35,713 nt of DNA from a virus. Taxonomy: Duplodnaviria; Caudoviricetes. The notes under the pieces were generated by a model, which had not been told where the DNA came from, made no database searches, and worked only from the letters and a program-made list of their open reading frames with translations. The stretch lies in IMG/VR virus record IMGVR_UViG_3300007735_000667, positions 1 through 35,713 of that record; one strand, given 5' to 3'. Below are positions 9,590-17,412 of this stretch, piece after piece (position 1 is the first letter of the stretch; the number at the start of each line of letters is the position of its first letter). The translations under genes and the position numbers were made by a program.

Positions 9590-10092
9590 TTATAAGCTCC
9601 TACAGCTAGTTCTAATTTTTCATCGCCTAAAAACTCAGCGACAGATTTGCATAAAAAGTAAAAGTCCTCATAATTAAAGTCAGACTTCATTCTATTTATT
9701 GCTTGGCATACAAGGATTGTGTTATCTTTTGTATAGCCAATGTTGCTATCAATTCTTTCTATAGAAACTGTGTTAAGTTTGCCAGCCTCTAGTGTCATTT
9801 CAATGCCAGAATAGGCACAAATTTTATCTTGTTTTATCCAACAATCTACTATATCTTTGATTTCTAAAGAAAATTCTTGATCTCTTGATTTAGCTGATCT
9901 TTTAGCATTTCGTAAAAATATTACTGCTCTACCTTCAATTGTAGAATTTTGTTTTGCTCTAGCTTTAATATTTCCAATTGTGCAACAAACTTTGCACCAA
10001 CTATGCAGCCCATCTGATGTTAAATGATGCTTAAAAAATAGGTTTTTTGGCTTTTCTACTTTGCAGCGAAAGCAAACCTTATTTTCTATCAA
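9586..10092 (-). CDS. Free-standing HNH/His-Me homing endonuclease-like protein
   Basis: N-terminal CxxC..WCKVC zinc motif and CAYSG..SIERID..GYTKDN..VC..IN.MK. Visibly AT-richer than its neighbours. Confidence 0.75.
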   Translation of the reverse strand: MIENKVCFRCKVEKPKNLFFKHHLTSDGLHSWCKVCCTIGNIKARAKQNSTIEGRAVIFLRNAKRSAKSRDQEFSLEIKDIVDCWIKQDKICAYSGIEMTLEAGKLNTVSIERIDSNIGYTKDNTILVCQAINRMKSDFNYEDFYFLCKSVAEFLGDEKLELAVGAYK

Positions 10093-10481
10093 TCTTCATA
10101 CTCCCCAGAATCTTCTTCTTCCATGTCGCTTTCTTCCTCCTCTGCGCCCATTGGTTCAAAAGCCATACAGCCATTTTCTCCAGAGCATACAAAGTCGAAA
10201 ATCTCGCAATGACCCATGCCTTTACCAACTCCGCATTTTGTCATTTCTTCGCCTGTCTCAAAATACTCACAAGCCTTGCACTTGCCTTCGCCATCCTTAC
10301 GAGCACCATATTCGGCTGTCAGGATTGCCTTTTTCTTATTGCCTTTGTTGATGTCAGCATCGACTGTAGATAAAGGGCAGCTAGACATATCGGACTCTAG
10401 GAGACCGCCTTCTTTTTTCTCAGCCTTCATTGGGTCTTTGCCCAATAGACCGATCATAATGCTCATGCCCTTATCTTTCAT
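10089..10481 (-). CDS. Cys-rich protein with acidic tail (HiPIP-like Cys spacing)
   Basis: CKACEYF...GHCEIF...C...GC..F followed by an E/D-rich tail. First gene after the 10493 terminator. Confidence 0.6.
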   Translation of the reverse strand: MKDKGMSIMIGLLGKDPMKAEKKEGGLLESDMSSCPLSTVDADINKGNKKKAILTAEYGARKDGEGKCKACEYFETGEEMTKCGVGKGMGHCEIFDFVCSGENGCMAFEPMGAEEEESDMEEEDSGEYED

Positions 10482-10492
10482 AGTTCACCTAG

Positions 10493-10515
10493 AAAAAAGC
10501 CCTATTGCTAGGGCT
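10493..10515 (-). terminator. Intrinsic terminator at the head of the late operon
   Basis: Minus strand AGCCCTA-GCAA-TAGGGCT-TTTTT: a 7-bp stem, GNRA loop and U-tract. Confidence 0.8.
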
Positions 10516-10560
10516 AAAAAATGAAGAATCACTAAATTTTGGGTGCAATTACCCAAGCAA

Positions 10561-10587
10561 ATTATAAAGCATTTTTTATGATGTAAA
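10561..10587 (-). promoter_or_regulatory. Putative late promoter
   Basis: Perfect TATAAT (10566-10561) with TTTACA upstream at a short 15-nt spacing, about 45 nt before the terminator. Confidence 0.5.
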
Positions 10588-11262
10588 CCATTTTTGGTGC
10601 AGTTCTGGCATATTTTCTTTAATCCATGCCTCGGCTTCCAGATGGTTCTTTGTGTGATCCATGCCGATAGTTTGGCTGCCGACATGGTGGACATATGATC
10701 GGCTGACATAGTTTTGGTAGCCATTTTCCTTAATTTGTAGACATTGGATGTCATCGGAATACCAGTTAATCGGCTTGTAGTCTACCCATTTGTCCTTGTG
10801 GATATAGGCAAAAAGAGGGGAAATAATATCTGTAGGAATTATTTTCCCTTCTTCCATATATCGGATGCCTTCTCTTTGCTTGAACTCTCGGATGTTTTGT
10901 AGACCTCGGACATAATCCGACTTAGCAGAAACCCACCCTGTATCTCCTGGCAGAAGTTCTACATCTTCCATTAGTAGGCTGTAGGATGTTGGGGTCAGCA
11001 CAATATCATCATTGGCTACGATTACATCGTCAAACCTAGCAAATGCATAGTTCACTACATAGTTATAGGAATCGCCAAAGTTATTGAAAACATTTGATAG
11101 GTTTATAGTTTTATGTCTATTAGCCTTTAGATTGCTTCCAGAAACAAAAATAATAACATCTTCTGGAACATACTGGTCTATGCTTGCCAACAGCACAGGA
11201 AGGCATTTAGCTGTTTTGGTGGCTATTACTATCGGAACATTTCGCACAGACAAACCTTTCAT
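10576..11262 (-). CDS. Glycosyltransferase family 2-like protein
   Basis: PIVIAT, NFGDSYN, VIVANDDIVL, WYSDD and YVHHVGSQT motifs. Confidence 0.75.
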   Translation of the reverse strand: MKGLSVRNVPIVIATKTAKCLPVLLASIDQYVPEDVIIFVSGSNLKANRHKTINLSNVFNNFGDSYNYVVNYAFARFDDVIVANDDIVLTPTSYSLLMEDVELLPGDTGWVSAKSDYVRGLQNIREFKQREGIRYMEEGKIIPTDIISPLFAYIHKDKWVDYKPINWYSDDIQCLQIKENGYQNYVSRSYVHHVGSQTIGMDHTKNHLEAEAWIKENMPELHQKWFTS

Positions 11263-11338
11263 TCATCCCATTGTTGAATATCTCGAAAATCCCACTCTCG
11301 GTTGTCTTTTGTAGATTGCACCTTGAGCATATCCGCAT
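11207..11338 (-). CDS. Possible overlapping 43-aa zinc-ribbon protein
   Basis: MRICSRC...RFVCAKC (CxxC..CxxC), fully overlapped by the two neighbouring ORFs. Confidence 0.35.
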   Translation of the reverse strand: MRICSRCNLQKTTESGIFEIFNNGMNERFVCAKCSDSNSHQNS

Positions 11339-11717
11339 AGTCTTTACTTTTGGCTCTCTTGTCGAGCTGATCTTGGAGTCTTTTTTTAGCATTTTGTAGA
11401 TCGGTTTCAAACCGCTTCGGGGATATTCTGAGGTGATGGGCTAGTTGATTCTGACTAGCATATGGGTGGCTCACATACCGAGCCTTTAGGATCTTTCTAA
11501 GTTCCAAAGGCAGAGCCTTTACACAATCCTCAATTAGTTCTCCATCCTTGTGATCTGGCTCATAGTGAGGTTCTTCTGGTGCATATAGATTGCCGAGTTC
11601 TGGAATGTAATTCTTCTCAAAAGATCGGCAAGTAGTCTCTGGTTGCGGAATGACGATGCCATACGAAAGCCACCAAGCCCAGTTCTGTAGTCTCTCATCC
11701 AAATGGTCTTTTGCCAT
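11259..11717 (-). CDS. Antitermination protein Q-like / sigma-region-4-like late regulator
   Basis: ERLQNWAWW N-terminus and IE..V..LP..R.IL..RY..A..L.IS..F..L..A HTH pattern. Located upstream of the late promoter and terminator. Confidence 0.6.
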   Translation of the reverse strand: MAKDHLDERLQNWAWWLSYGIVIPQPETTCRSFEKNYIPELGNLYAPEEPHYEPDHKDGELIEDCVKALPLELRKILKARYVSHPYASQNQLAHHLRISPKRFETDLQNAKKRLQDQLDKRAKSKDYADMLKVQSTKDNREWDFRDIQQWDE

Positions 11718-11802
11718 TAAGGAAATCCCTAATATATTGACTGTATAATTGTAAACAAAAAATCTGTATTATTTCAATATCTTAACAACTTGTAGAGATT
11801 AT

Positions 11803-12825
11803 ATGAAGAATCAGCATGGGTATTATCTAACAGACCAGGAATTTGCCGATTTGTGGCAGAAGTTTCCTAGCCCTACATTGATGGCAAGGGAAACCAAAAC
11901 AAGTGCAAGAGCTATATTAAACAGAAGGCGAACTGTAGAAGTTAGGTTGGGGATAAGTCTAGAAATTGGAGTAGATTTAAGAAAAGAACATAACAACAAA
12001 CTAAAACAAGAAAGACTAGAAAGACTAAAAGCCAAGAATGAGGCTAGGATAGAGCAAGCACCAATCTCAGTTAGAAGGGGAACACATCTTGATAAGGGTC
12101 GGATTATTGTTTTCTCGGATGCTCATTTTTATCCTGATGACACCACTACAGCTTTTAAGGCTCTTATTAAGTTTATTGAATATTTCAAACCTCAAATCGT
12201 AATAAATAACGGAGACTCATTCGATGGCGGCTCGATCAGTCGTTTCCCCAGGATCGGTTGGGATAAAAAACCTACTGTTCAAGAAGAACTAGAGGCTAAT
12301 AAGTTTTATCTTGGAGAGATTGAGAAAGTCCGACCAGCAGGATGTAGATTGATTTGGTGTCTTGGAAACCATGATGCAAGATTTGAGACTATGTTGGCTG
12401 CACAGGCTAGTGCTTATGAGGGAGTCCAAGGATTTTCCCTAAAAGATCACTTTCCTCATTGGGAAAATTGTTGGTCATTTTGGGTCAATGATGATACTGT
12501 GATTAAGCATCGGTTTAAAGGTGGTCGCTACGCAGGCTATAACAATGCCACAGCAGCTCAGACGAACATCATTACAGGTCATACTCATGTTTTAGCCTGT
12601 CAGCCGATTACAGGCTATTCTAGGACTATATGGGGTGTCCAGACAGGCACTCTTGCAGAGCCAAACAATATGCAGTTTGCAGATTACACCGAGGACTCGC
12701 CTAAGGATTGGCGATCTGGCTTTGTCATGCTTTCTTGGGAAAATGGTCGGATGTTGATGCCTGAGATGATCCAGGTCTGCGATGAGGATGCGGTTGAATT
12801 TAGAGGAGAGATATTAAAAATATGA
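11803..12825 (+). CDS. Calcineurin-like metallophosphoesterase with N-terminal helical domain
   Basis: DxH (SDAH), GDxxD (NGDSFD), GNHD and GHTH motifs. Confidence 0.85.
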   Translation: MKNQHGYYLTDQEFADLWQKFPSPTLMARETKTSARAILNRRRTVEVRLGISLEIGVDLRKEHNNKLKQERLERLKAKNEARIEQAPISVRRGTHLDKGRIIVFSDAHFYPDDTTTAFKALIKFIEYFKPQIVINNGDSFDGGSISRFPRIGWDKKPTVQEELEANKFYLGEIEKVRPAGCRLIWCLGNHDARFETMLAAQASAYEGVQGFSLKDHFPHWENCWSFWVNDDTVIKHRFKGGRYAGYNNATAAQTNIITGHTHVLACQPITGYSRTIWGVQTGTLAEPNNMQFADYTEDSPKDWRSGFVMLSWENGRMLMPEMIQVCDEDAVEFRGEILKI

Positions 12826-12962
12826 AACTAATTTTATTGTTTTTTTATTGGTTTTCACCATCTCTTTGGTTTAACAAAAGATTTTGGAAATATGACCATA
12901 CAACACCTTCTGGATATAAGCTGAAATGCAGATGCGGTGTATTTATGGTTTTTGATAAATGA
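12822..12962 (+). CDS. Small aromatic-rich hypothetical protein (46 aa)
   Basis: Hand translation MKLILLFFYWFSPSLWFNKRFWKY...CRCGVFMVFDK, with ATGA overlaps at both ends. Confidence 0.5.
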   Translation: MKLILLFFYWFSPSLWFNKRFWKYDHTTPSGYKLKCRCGVFMVFDK

Positions 12963-13312
12963 AACTGACCCCTGCCATTTTGAAAAACATTTACAGTATG
13001 CTGTATTGCTGTGAGCCTTTTTCTAAGTGGAAGTTACCGCTACCAGAAACCATAAAGTTCATTGTTGATGCAGATCCTGATGTAATGGGAACTTATCTTT
13101 ATGATGATTCAGAGAAGTGGGAACATATCATTACCATCTCTACCGCTAGATGCGGATTCCTAGAGACTGTAGTTCGGACTATGGCGCATGAAATGATCCA
13201 TATGAGTTTCTATCGGAGAAGGGGTCATAAGTGGGCGCAACATGGCAAAGAGTTTAGAGCTAGATGCCACATGGTCGGCAAAGAATTAGGTTTTGATCCT
13301 CTCGAATTGTGA
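12959..13312 (+). CDS. SprT-like zinc metalloprotease
   Basis: TMAHEMIH (HExxH) followed by HGKEF. Confidence 0.75.
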   Translation: MKLTPAILKNIYSMLYCCEPFSKWKLPLPETIKFIVDADPDVMGTYLYDDSEKWEHIITISTARCGFLETVVRTMAHEMIHMSFYRRRGHKWAQHGKEFRARCHMVGKELGFDPLEL

Positions 13313-13313
13313 T

Positions 13314-13387
13314 TGGTGCTCCCTGACAGAATCGAACTGCCAATCCAAGATTACAAATCTAGTGTTATACCATTTAACTAAGAGAGC
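13314..13387 (-). tRNA. tRNA-Thr (UGU) with encoded CCA
   Basis: Acceptor GCTCTCT/AGGGAGC, D-arm GTTA/TAAC, anticodon loop TT-TGT-AA, T-arm GGCAG-TTCGATT-CTGTC and 3' ACCA. One U-U mismatch in the anticodon stem. Confidence 0.9.
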
Positions 13388-14157
13388 TATTCTGTGCATT
13401 CACAAGGTAAATCAAAACCTACAAAAGGCAATGTCATTTGTGATTCATGCATTCTAATTACATCACTCCAAGAGTAATTTCTACCAAGACCTTTAATTGT
13501 AGTTAATTCTGCATTTTGTTCTATCTTTAATGCTCTTTGTATAAGGTCTGGATGCTTCTCATACAAATCAATAATTTCTTTTGGTCTGCTTGATGGACAG
13601 AAAAAACAAGCTGATTTAATAGGCATTTTTACTCCAGCCTTTTCTATCTCCTCAATACATTCTTCTCTTTCCCATCCCCACTCAATCAATGGATATTTGT
13701 TTTCATACATATTGTCCACTCGCTTCATAGCATTTTCCATTCTGCGAGTTTCTCCTGCATCGTATCCAATATATTTAATACATTTAAGACCTTGATCCCA
13801 AGCATCCATAGCTGGTTGCCATTGTTTTATAAATTTATGCTGTGGTCTTATTTTGTAATGATCCGAACATCTTTTAAAGCCATAAGCAATACTAGGTAAT
13901 GCTTTGTTGTCTAAACATTCCTGCTCTAGTGTAACCACTTCATCATCTTTTGTTTTTCTGACAACAATAATTTCTGGATAGTTTTTATCTTTTAGCCATT
14001 TGCTAAAGTATTTAATATGTTCATAGGTTTCTGGTCTTTCTGCGCCAGTATCAGCAAAAAGTATTAAATCTATTGGCTGACTCCTATTTACAAGACCAAT
14101 AACCATAGCTGTAGAGTCTACACCACCACCAAAAGCAACTATATGCGGAACATTCAT
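13387..14157 (-). CDS. PAPS reductase-family / PP-loop adenine nucleotide alpha-hydrolase protein
   Basis: VAFGGGVDSTAM PP-loop, FADTGAERPETY, YPLIEW, KSACFFCP and C-terminal CEC. Confidence 0.8.
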   Translation of the reverse strand: MNVPHIVAFGGGVDSTAMVIGLVNRSQPIDLILFADTGAERPETYEHIKYFSKWLKDKNYPEIIVVRKTKDDEVVTLEQECLDNKALPSIAYGFKRCSDHYKIRPQHKFIKQWQPAMDAWDQGLKCIKYIGYDAGETRRMENAMKRVDNMYENKYPLIEWGWEREECIEEIEKAGVKMPIKSACFFCPSSRPKEIIDLYEKHPDLIQRALKIEQNAELTTIKGLGRNYSWSDVIRMHESQMTLPFVGFDLPCECTE

Positions 14158-14444
14158 TTAATCACCCCAATAAGTCCTCTTTCAAAAAGTTCTCCGATGG
14201 TTTTACGATGTGCCGATTCCCACATCTCAATCCTTGACTCTTTCGAGAGTTTGCTTCCCTGATCGACTTCCGAGTGGCAGCGATAACACAGGGTCGCAAT
14301 ACGATAATCATTCGATTTAATTCCCTTACCTTTACCATCGAAAAGCTGATTGGAATGGGCTGCAACACAAGTTCCATCTTCTATCCCGCAATGCTGACAA
14401 GGTATTAGTCTAGCAACTTCTAGCAGTTTTTTGTTTCTATACAT
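14154..14444 (-). CDS. DUF1364/HNH-like zinc-binding putative nuclease
   Basis: PCQHCG..AAHSN..GKGKGIK..D..IATLCYRCH..D motif. Confidence 0.7.
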   Translation of the reverse strand: MYRNKKLLEVARLIPCQHCGIEDGTCVAAHSNQLFDGKGKGIKSNDYRIATLCYRCHSEVDQGSKLSKESRIEMWESAHRKTIGELFERGLIGVIK

Positions 14445-14598
14445 TTACCGCCTTGGTATAGGCTTGTATTCGCTTAGACACTACTACCAGTTCCTCAGAT
14501 GCCAATAAAGCCTGTTTTAGGTCTTTCTTCAGCATGGAATCATGGTATTCCCTTTCTAGGGTTTTTAGTCTCAATACAAGTTCTGCATAATCAATCAT
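14437..14598 (-). CDS. Hypothetical 53-aa helical protein
   Basis: Hand translation MIDYAELVLRLK...KAVNV, overlapping both neighbours by a few nt. Confidence 0.55.
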   Translation of the reverse strand: MIDYAELVLRLKTLEREYHDSMLKKDLKQALLASEELVVVSKRIQAYTKAVNV

Positions 14599-14753
14599 TA
14601 GTGGTTTCCTTCTAAGTTTGTTTTCTTCTCTAATTCTGCTCTGAGCATCACATTTTCTTCTCTAGTTTTCTTTAGTAACTGAGACAGAAAATGAGCAGTT
14701 TTTAGTAGCTCGGTATACTTCTTTTGGTATAAATCGTAATTTTGACTGTCCAC
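14598..14753 (-). CDS. Hypothetical 51-aa coiled-coil protein
   Basis: Hand translation from GTG: MDSQNYDLYQKKY...EGNH. Its stop overlaps the next ATG. Confidence 0.5.
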   Translation of the reverse strand: MDSQNYDLYQKKYTELLKTAHFLSQLLKKTREENVMLRAELEKKTNLEGNH

Positions 14754-14825
14754 TATTTTGCACCAATCTTGATAGAAATGTATACAATAAGAAACACTAT
14801 CAATCCCCAGATGTAGACAAAATCA

Positions 14826-15152
14826 CTATCGAGCATTGTTGTCTATCGCCCTGTTGGTTGCTTCTTGGCTTCTCCAGATCTCTACTTTTAACTGAGCTGC
14901 TGTCAGCATCCATTTTAACTTTTCCTCTGCCTCTACAGCCTCTTTTAAGCCCTCTAGGAGACCGATATACTCTGGGTCGGCATAAGCATCCACCTCGGCT
15001 GCTGCAACTGATTTAGCCGATGATTTAGCCATCAGGATGCTTTTTTTAGACCGCAAGAAGTTCTCTAAATAAACCCTTTCTGCTTTCGCTTTGGCGAACT
15101 CAGCACTATGTTTCATGATGTATTCAACTGCTCTGGCTGGATCTATATCCAT
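14826..15152 (-). CDS. Hypothetical coiled-coil protein (possibly UvsY-like recombination mediator)
   Basis: All-helical 108 aa with AYADPEY..L and EIWRSQEA patterns. Function is a guess. Confidence 0.6.
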   Translation of the reverse strand: MDIDPARAVEYIMKHSAEFAKAKAERVYLENFLRSKKSILMAKSSAKSVAAAEVDAYADPEYIGLLEGLKEAVEAEEKLKWMLTAAQLKVEIWRSQEATNRAIDNNAR

Positions 15153-15346
15153 CTGTCTTTCTCCCCTCTGTTACCCTTCTGCCATTGGTCTGCAAAGTCT
15201 TTTAGTAATTCGCTATCAAGATTGTATTTTGATAGATATTCCCTAAACTTCTGCAGACCCCAATCTGCTCTCCATTTACAAAGCTGTCTTACTGCACAGC
15301 GATGCTTGTATTCTTGCTCTGAATTGAGCAAAAGATTCTCCTGCAT
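15143..15346 (-). CDS. Hypothetical protein
   Basis: EYKHRCAVRQL..WR and DQWQKGNRG motifs, in operon-like overlap with neighbours. Confidence 0.55.
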   Translation of the reverse strand: MQENLLLNSEQEYKHRCAVRQLCKWRADWGLQKFREYLSKYNLDSELLKDFADQWQKGNRGEKDRWI

Positions 15347-15653
15347 ATGGGTTCAATCCTAGTTCTCGACCTTTAGCTAGTGTCAGCTCGTCTGATGCAT
15401 ACCAAGGCAATGGTGGCTTTTTATTCTCTTTCTGCTCGATTACAAGTTCATCCTCGAACCTCTCCTGATTTAGCCAGGTAGAGGCATGAGGAATGAACTC
15501 CCAATCAGTCCCCTTTGCGACCCAGTATTTTCGATGCTCGACTATTGCCTCTAGTGCCTTTTGTTGGTTTTCCTGACTTAGTTTTTCCCACGATCTTTTT
15601 GCTGTTAGCTTTCCGACCTTTCTTGGGTATTGCTGCCAAAACTGCTCGAACAT
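15276..15653 (-). CDS. Phage replication protein C-terminal-domain-like protein
   Basis: FEQFWQQYPRKVGK..A..W and FIPHASTWLNQERFEDE, typical of lambdoid replication-initiator C-termini. Confidence 0.7.
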   Translation of the reverse strand: MFEQFWQQYPRKVGKLTAKRSWEKLSQENQQKALEAIVEHRKYWVAKGTDWEFIPHASTWLNQERFEDELVIEQKENKKPPLPWYASDELTLAKGRELGLNPYAGESFAQFRARIQASLCSKTAL

Positions 15654-15804
15654 TTTTTTTCCTTTCCCTTAACCCTACAGCTTCTTCCATAATTACATCA
15701 AAACCTGCTTGCATCATAAACTGATGCCCTACCTTGTCATAGGTTACAAGGCACTCTGCCGATCCATCTGGCAGCTCTTTAACTATCTTGACTTGGATCT
15801 TCAT
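15505..15804 (-). CDS. Hypothetical protein (C-terminal extent uncertain)
   Basis: MKIQVKIVKELPDGSAEC... The last 149 nt overlap the next gene. Confidence 0.5.
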   Translation of the reverse strand: MKIQVKIVKELPDGSAECLVTYDKVGHQFMMQAGFDVIMEEAVGLRERKKNVRAVLAAIPKKGRKANSKKIVGKTKSGKPTKGTRGNSRASKILGRKGD

Positions 15805-16045
15805 CTAACCATACCTTTATGTTGTTATTAAAGTCTGCTTTCATTAGAACAGGCTTGTTTAAACAATCTAACATTTTATACAAAGTATCTTTTATTTCCT
15901 CGGTAGTTTCCCCTACTACTCCAACACCTCTTGCAGTATACATATAGGGTTCATGGTTCTTGTCATAAAAAACCTCGCAAATCTCTACCCATGATTCCCC
16001 ATTGTTTTCTTCTGTAAAGTCTACCACTCTGTGATTCCAATGCAT
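15779..16045 (-). CDS. Hypothetical phage protein
   Basis: MHWNHRVV..ICEVFYD..GETTEEI..L..M..KPVL pattern. Confidence 0.65.
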   Translation of the reverse strand: MHWNHRVVDFTEENNGESWVEICEVFYDKNHEPYMYTARGVGVVGETTEEIKDTLYKMLDCLNKPVLMKADFNNNIKVWLDEDPSQDS

Positions 16046-16046
16046 A

Positions 16047-16280
16047 TCAAAACCATTTCGCTAGTTCATAAGAGATGTATAAGACACATCCAAAAAAATA
16101 CATGGCTACTGCTGCTGCTTCCACCAAGATCAATGGTATATCCCTTTGGTATATACCAGCAAGAGTCCATAATCCGCTACCAATCAAACTTAGGAATATG
16201 TTTGCAGGATAGATATTGACAGATGTAAGCCCAATCCCTATAAGACAGAGTATTGTGCCAAGCCATTTTATCAAAATCAT
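16047..16280 (-). CDS. Small membrane protein (about 3 TM)
   Basis: Three hydrophobic segments in 77 aa. Confidence 0.65.
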   Translation of the reverse strand: MILIKWLGTILCLIGIGLTSVNIYPANIFLSLIGSGLWTLAGIYQRDIPLILVEAAAVAMYFFGCVLYISYELAKWF

Positions 16281-16338
16281 TTTTTCTTTCTTGCTTCAAT
16301 CTGCTTTTGTAAGATGTGCCAGAACTCTGATTTTATAA

Positions 16339-16704
16339 TCATTTTATCCCATGCCTTTCTTCTATTGTTTTAGCAAAATTAACATCATCAAATTCCCATT
16401 CATCAATTCCTGATTGAACATAGCAAGAATCTCTAATGGCAATTATTTCCTCATCACTTAATGGCTTTGTTTGTGGTGTGGTGTAAAGTGGTTTCCATCC
16501 CAAATCTTTAGGATGTTGTGTTGTAATCGTTGCTTCATAACCAATTTCAGGGCATATTTCATTACCATTCATCCACGCTACAGGCTCACCTTGTTTTTCC
16601 AACTCCGCTATTCGGTCTGCTTGTTGGCGAAGCATATATGCGGATTTAACAGTTAATTGGGTGTTATCTCTAAGCAGTTCATCTGCTAATTCGTATGCTG
16701 TCAT
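16339..16704 (-). CDS. Hypothetical protein with EPVAWM / PLYT / PLSDEEI modules
   Basis: Modules common in mosaic lambdoid early-region proteins. SD AAAGG upstream. Confidence 0.65.
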   Translation of the reverse strand: MTAYELADELLRDNTQLTVKSAYMLRQQADRIAELEKQGEPVAWMNGNEICPEIGYEATITTQHPKDLGWKPLYTTPQTKPLSDEEIIAIRDSCYVQSGIDEWEFDDVNFAKTIEERHGIK

Positions 16705-16754
16705 TTTTGCCTTTCTGAACTGTATTTGTAGAGAATACAGCTCCTTGCAATTTA

Positions 16755-16783
16755 ATTCTACATTTTTTTTATTAGTGTTTACA
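16755..16783 (-). promoter_or_regulatory. Putative leftward promoter TGTAAA-N17-TAGAAT
   Basis: Same spacing and near-identical hexamers to the promoter at 17952-17980, in an AT-rich gap. Confidence 0.5.
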
Positions 16784-16897
16784 CTTACAACCTATAAGTA
16801 TCATAAATGTTACCTTAATTAACTTATGGGTTTATTTATGAGCCATTATGTAAGAAATTGTGCAGTATGTTATACATTTTGAAACTTTTTGTTCATT

Positions 16898-17218
16898 TTA
16901 TGAAACATTTTTTCTGTAATCTTTGCAATGTTTATTGCCTTTAAGTTTATTGCACCAAGCACAAAGTATTTGTAAATTTTTAATATCTAAAGCTAATTCT
17001 GGATAAAATTTTCTTGGCTTAATATGATCTACACAAATTTTCTTTTTTGATCCGCATCTGTGGCATTTGTAACCATATTTTTGTAGAGCTTCTTTTCTAA
17101 GCAATTTCCACTCTTTGCTTTGTAAAAAGTCTTTTTTTTGATTTCTAAAAAATTCTGCTAACTCATTGTTAGACATTTTAGAAACAATAGATTTATATAA
17201 AGACTTACTAAGATACAT
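16898..17218 (-). CDS. Small HNH endonuclease
   Basis: SKEWKLLRK..CHRCG..VDHIKP..NLQILCAWCNKLK. AT-rich. Confidence 0.85.
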   Translation of the reverse strand: MYLSKSLYKSIVSKMSNNELAEFFRNQKKDFLQSKEWKLLRKEALQKYGYKCHRCGSKKKICVDHIKPRKFYPELALDIKNLQILCAWCNKLKGNKHCKDYRKNVS

Positions 17219-17224
17219 ATTTGC

Positions 17225-17412
17225 CTTTTGGTGAACGAACCTAGCCTAACCTAAGTTCGCCTTCATCTGCCTCTTGGAGCCACAGAACCCGACAGTCGTT
17301 CAAGGAATCGGCACTATCTTCGCCACCGATGTATGGGCTGTTGCATCCTTTTACCCCTAGTAGCCCTTGTATCTTATCTGCTAGTGGTTTTCATCGCCCA
17401 GATAAGACCGAA
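17225..17412 (-). ncRNA. Candidate structured non-coding RNA or ssDNA element (family not recognised)
   Basis: Gap with no long ORF, GC-richer than its flanks, with at least 5 consecutive stem-loops. Several G-U pairs work only on the minus strand. TATAGT at 17423-17418 upstream. Confidence 0.55.

Noticed and set aside
13314-13387. tRNA as attP or prophage boundary
   Set aside because: No integrase is seen, there is no host flanking DNA and the tRNA 3' end is not duplicated.
15645-15670. A8 run as programmed frameshift joining the 15804 ORF to the replication-domain gene
   Set aside because: It would need a +1 shift, the downstream gene has its own ATG and SD-like AAGGA, and no stimulatory structure is seen.
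16705-16897. DnaA boxes or iterons in the AT-rich gap
   Set aside because: I found no TTWTNCACA match and no clear tandem repeats by eye. Only AT-richness is supported.
17225-17412. Group I/II intron or IS200/605 (IscB) element
   Set aside because: No host gene is interrupted, no intron core is recognised and the HNH protein lacks RuvC motifs.
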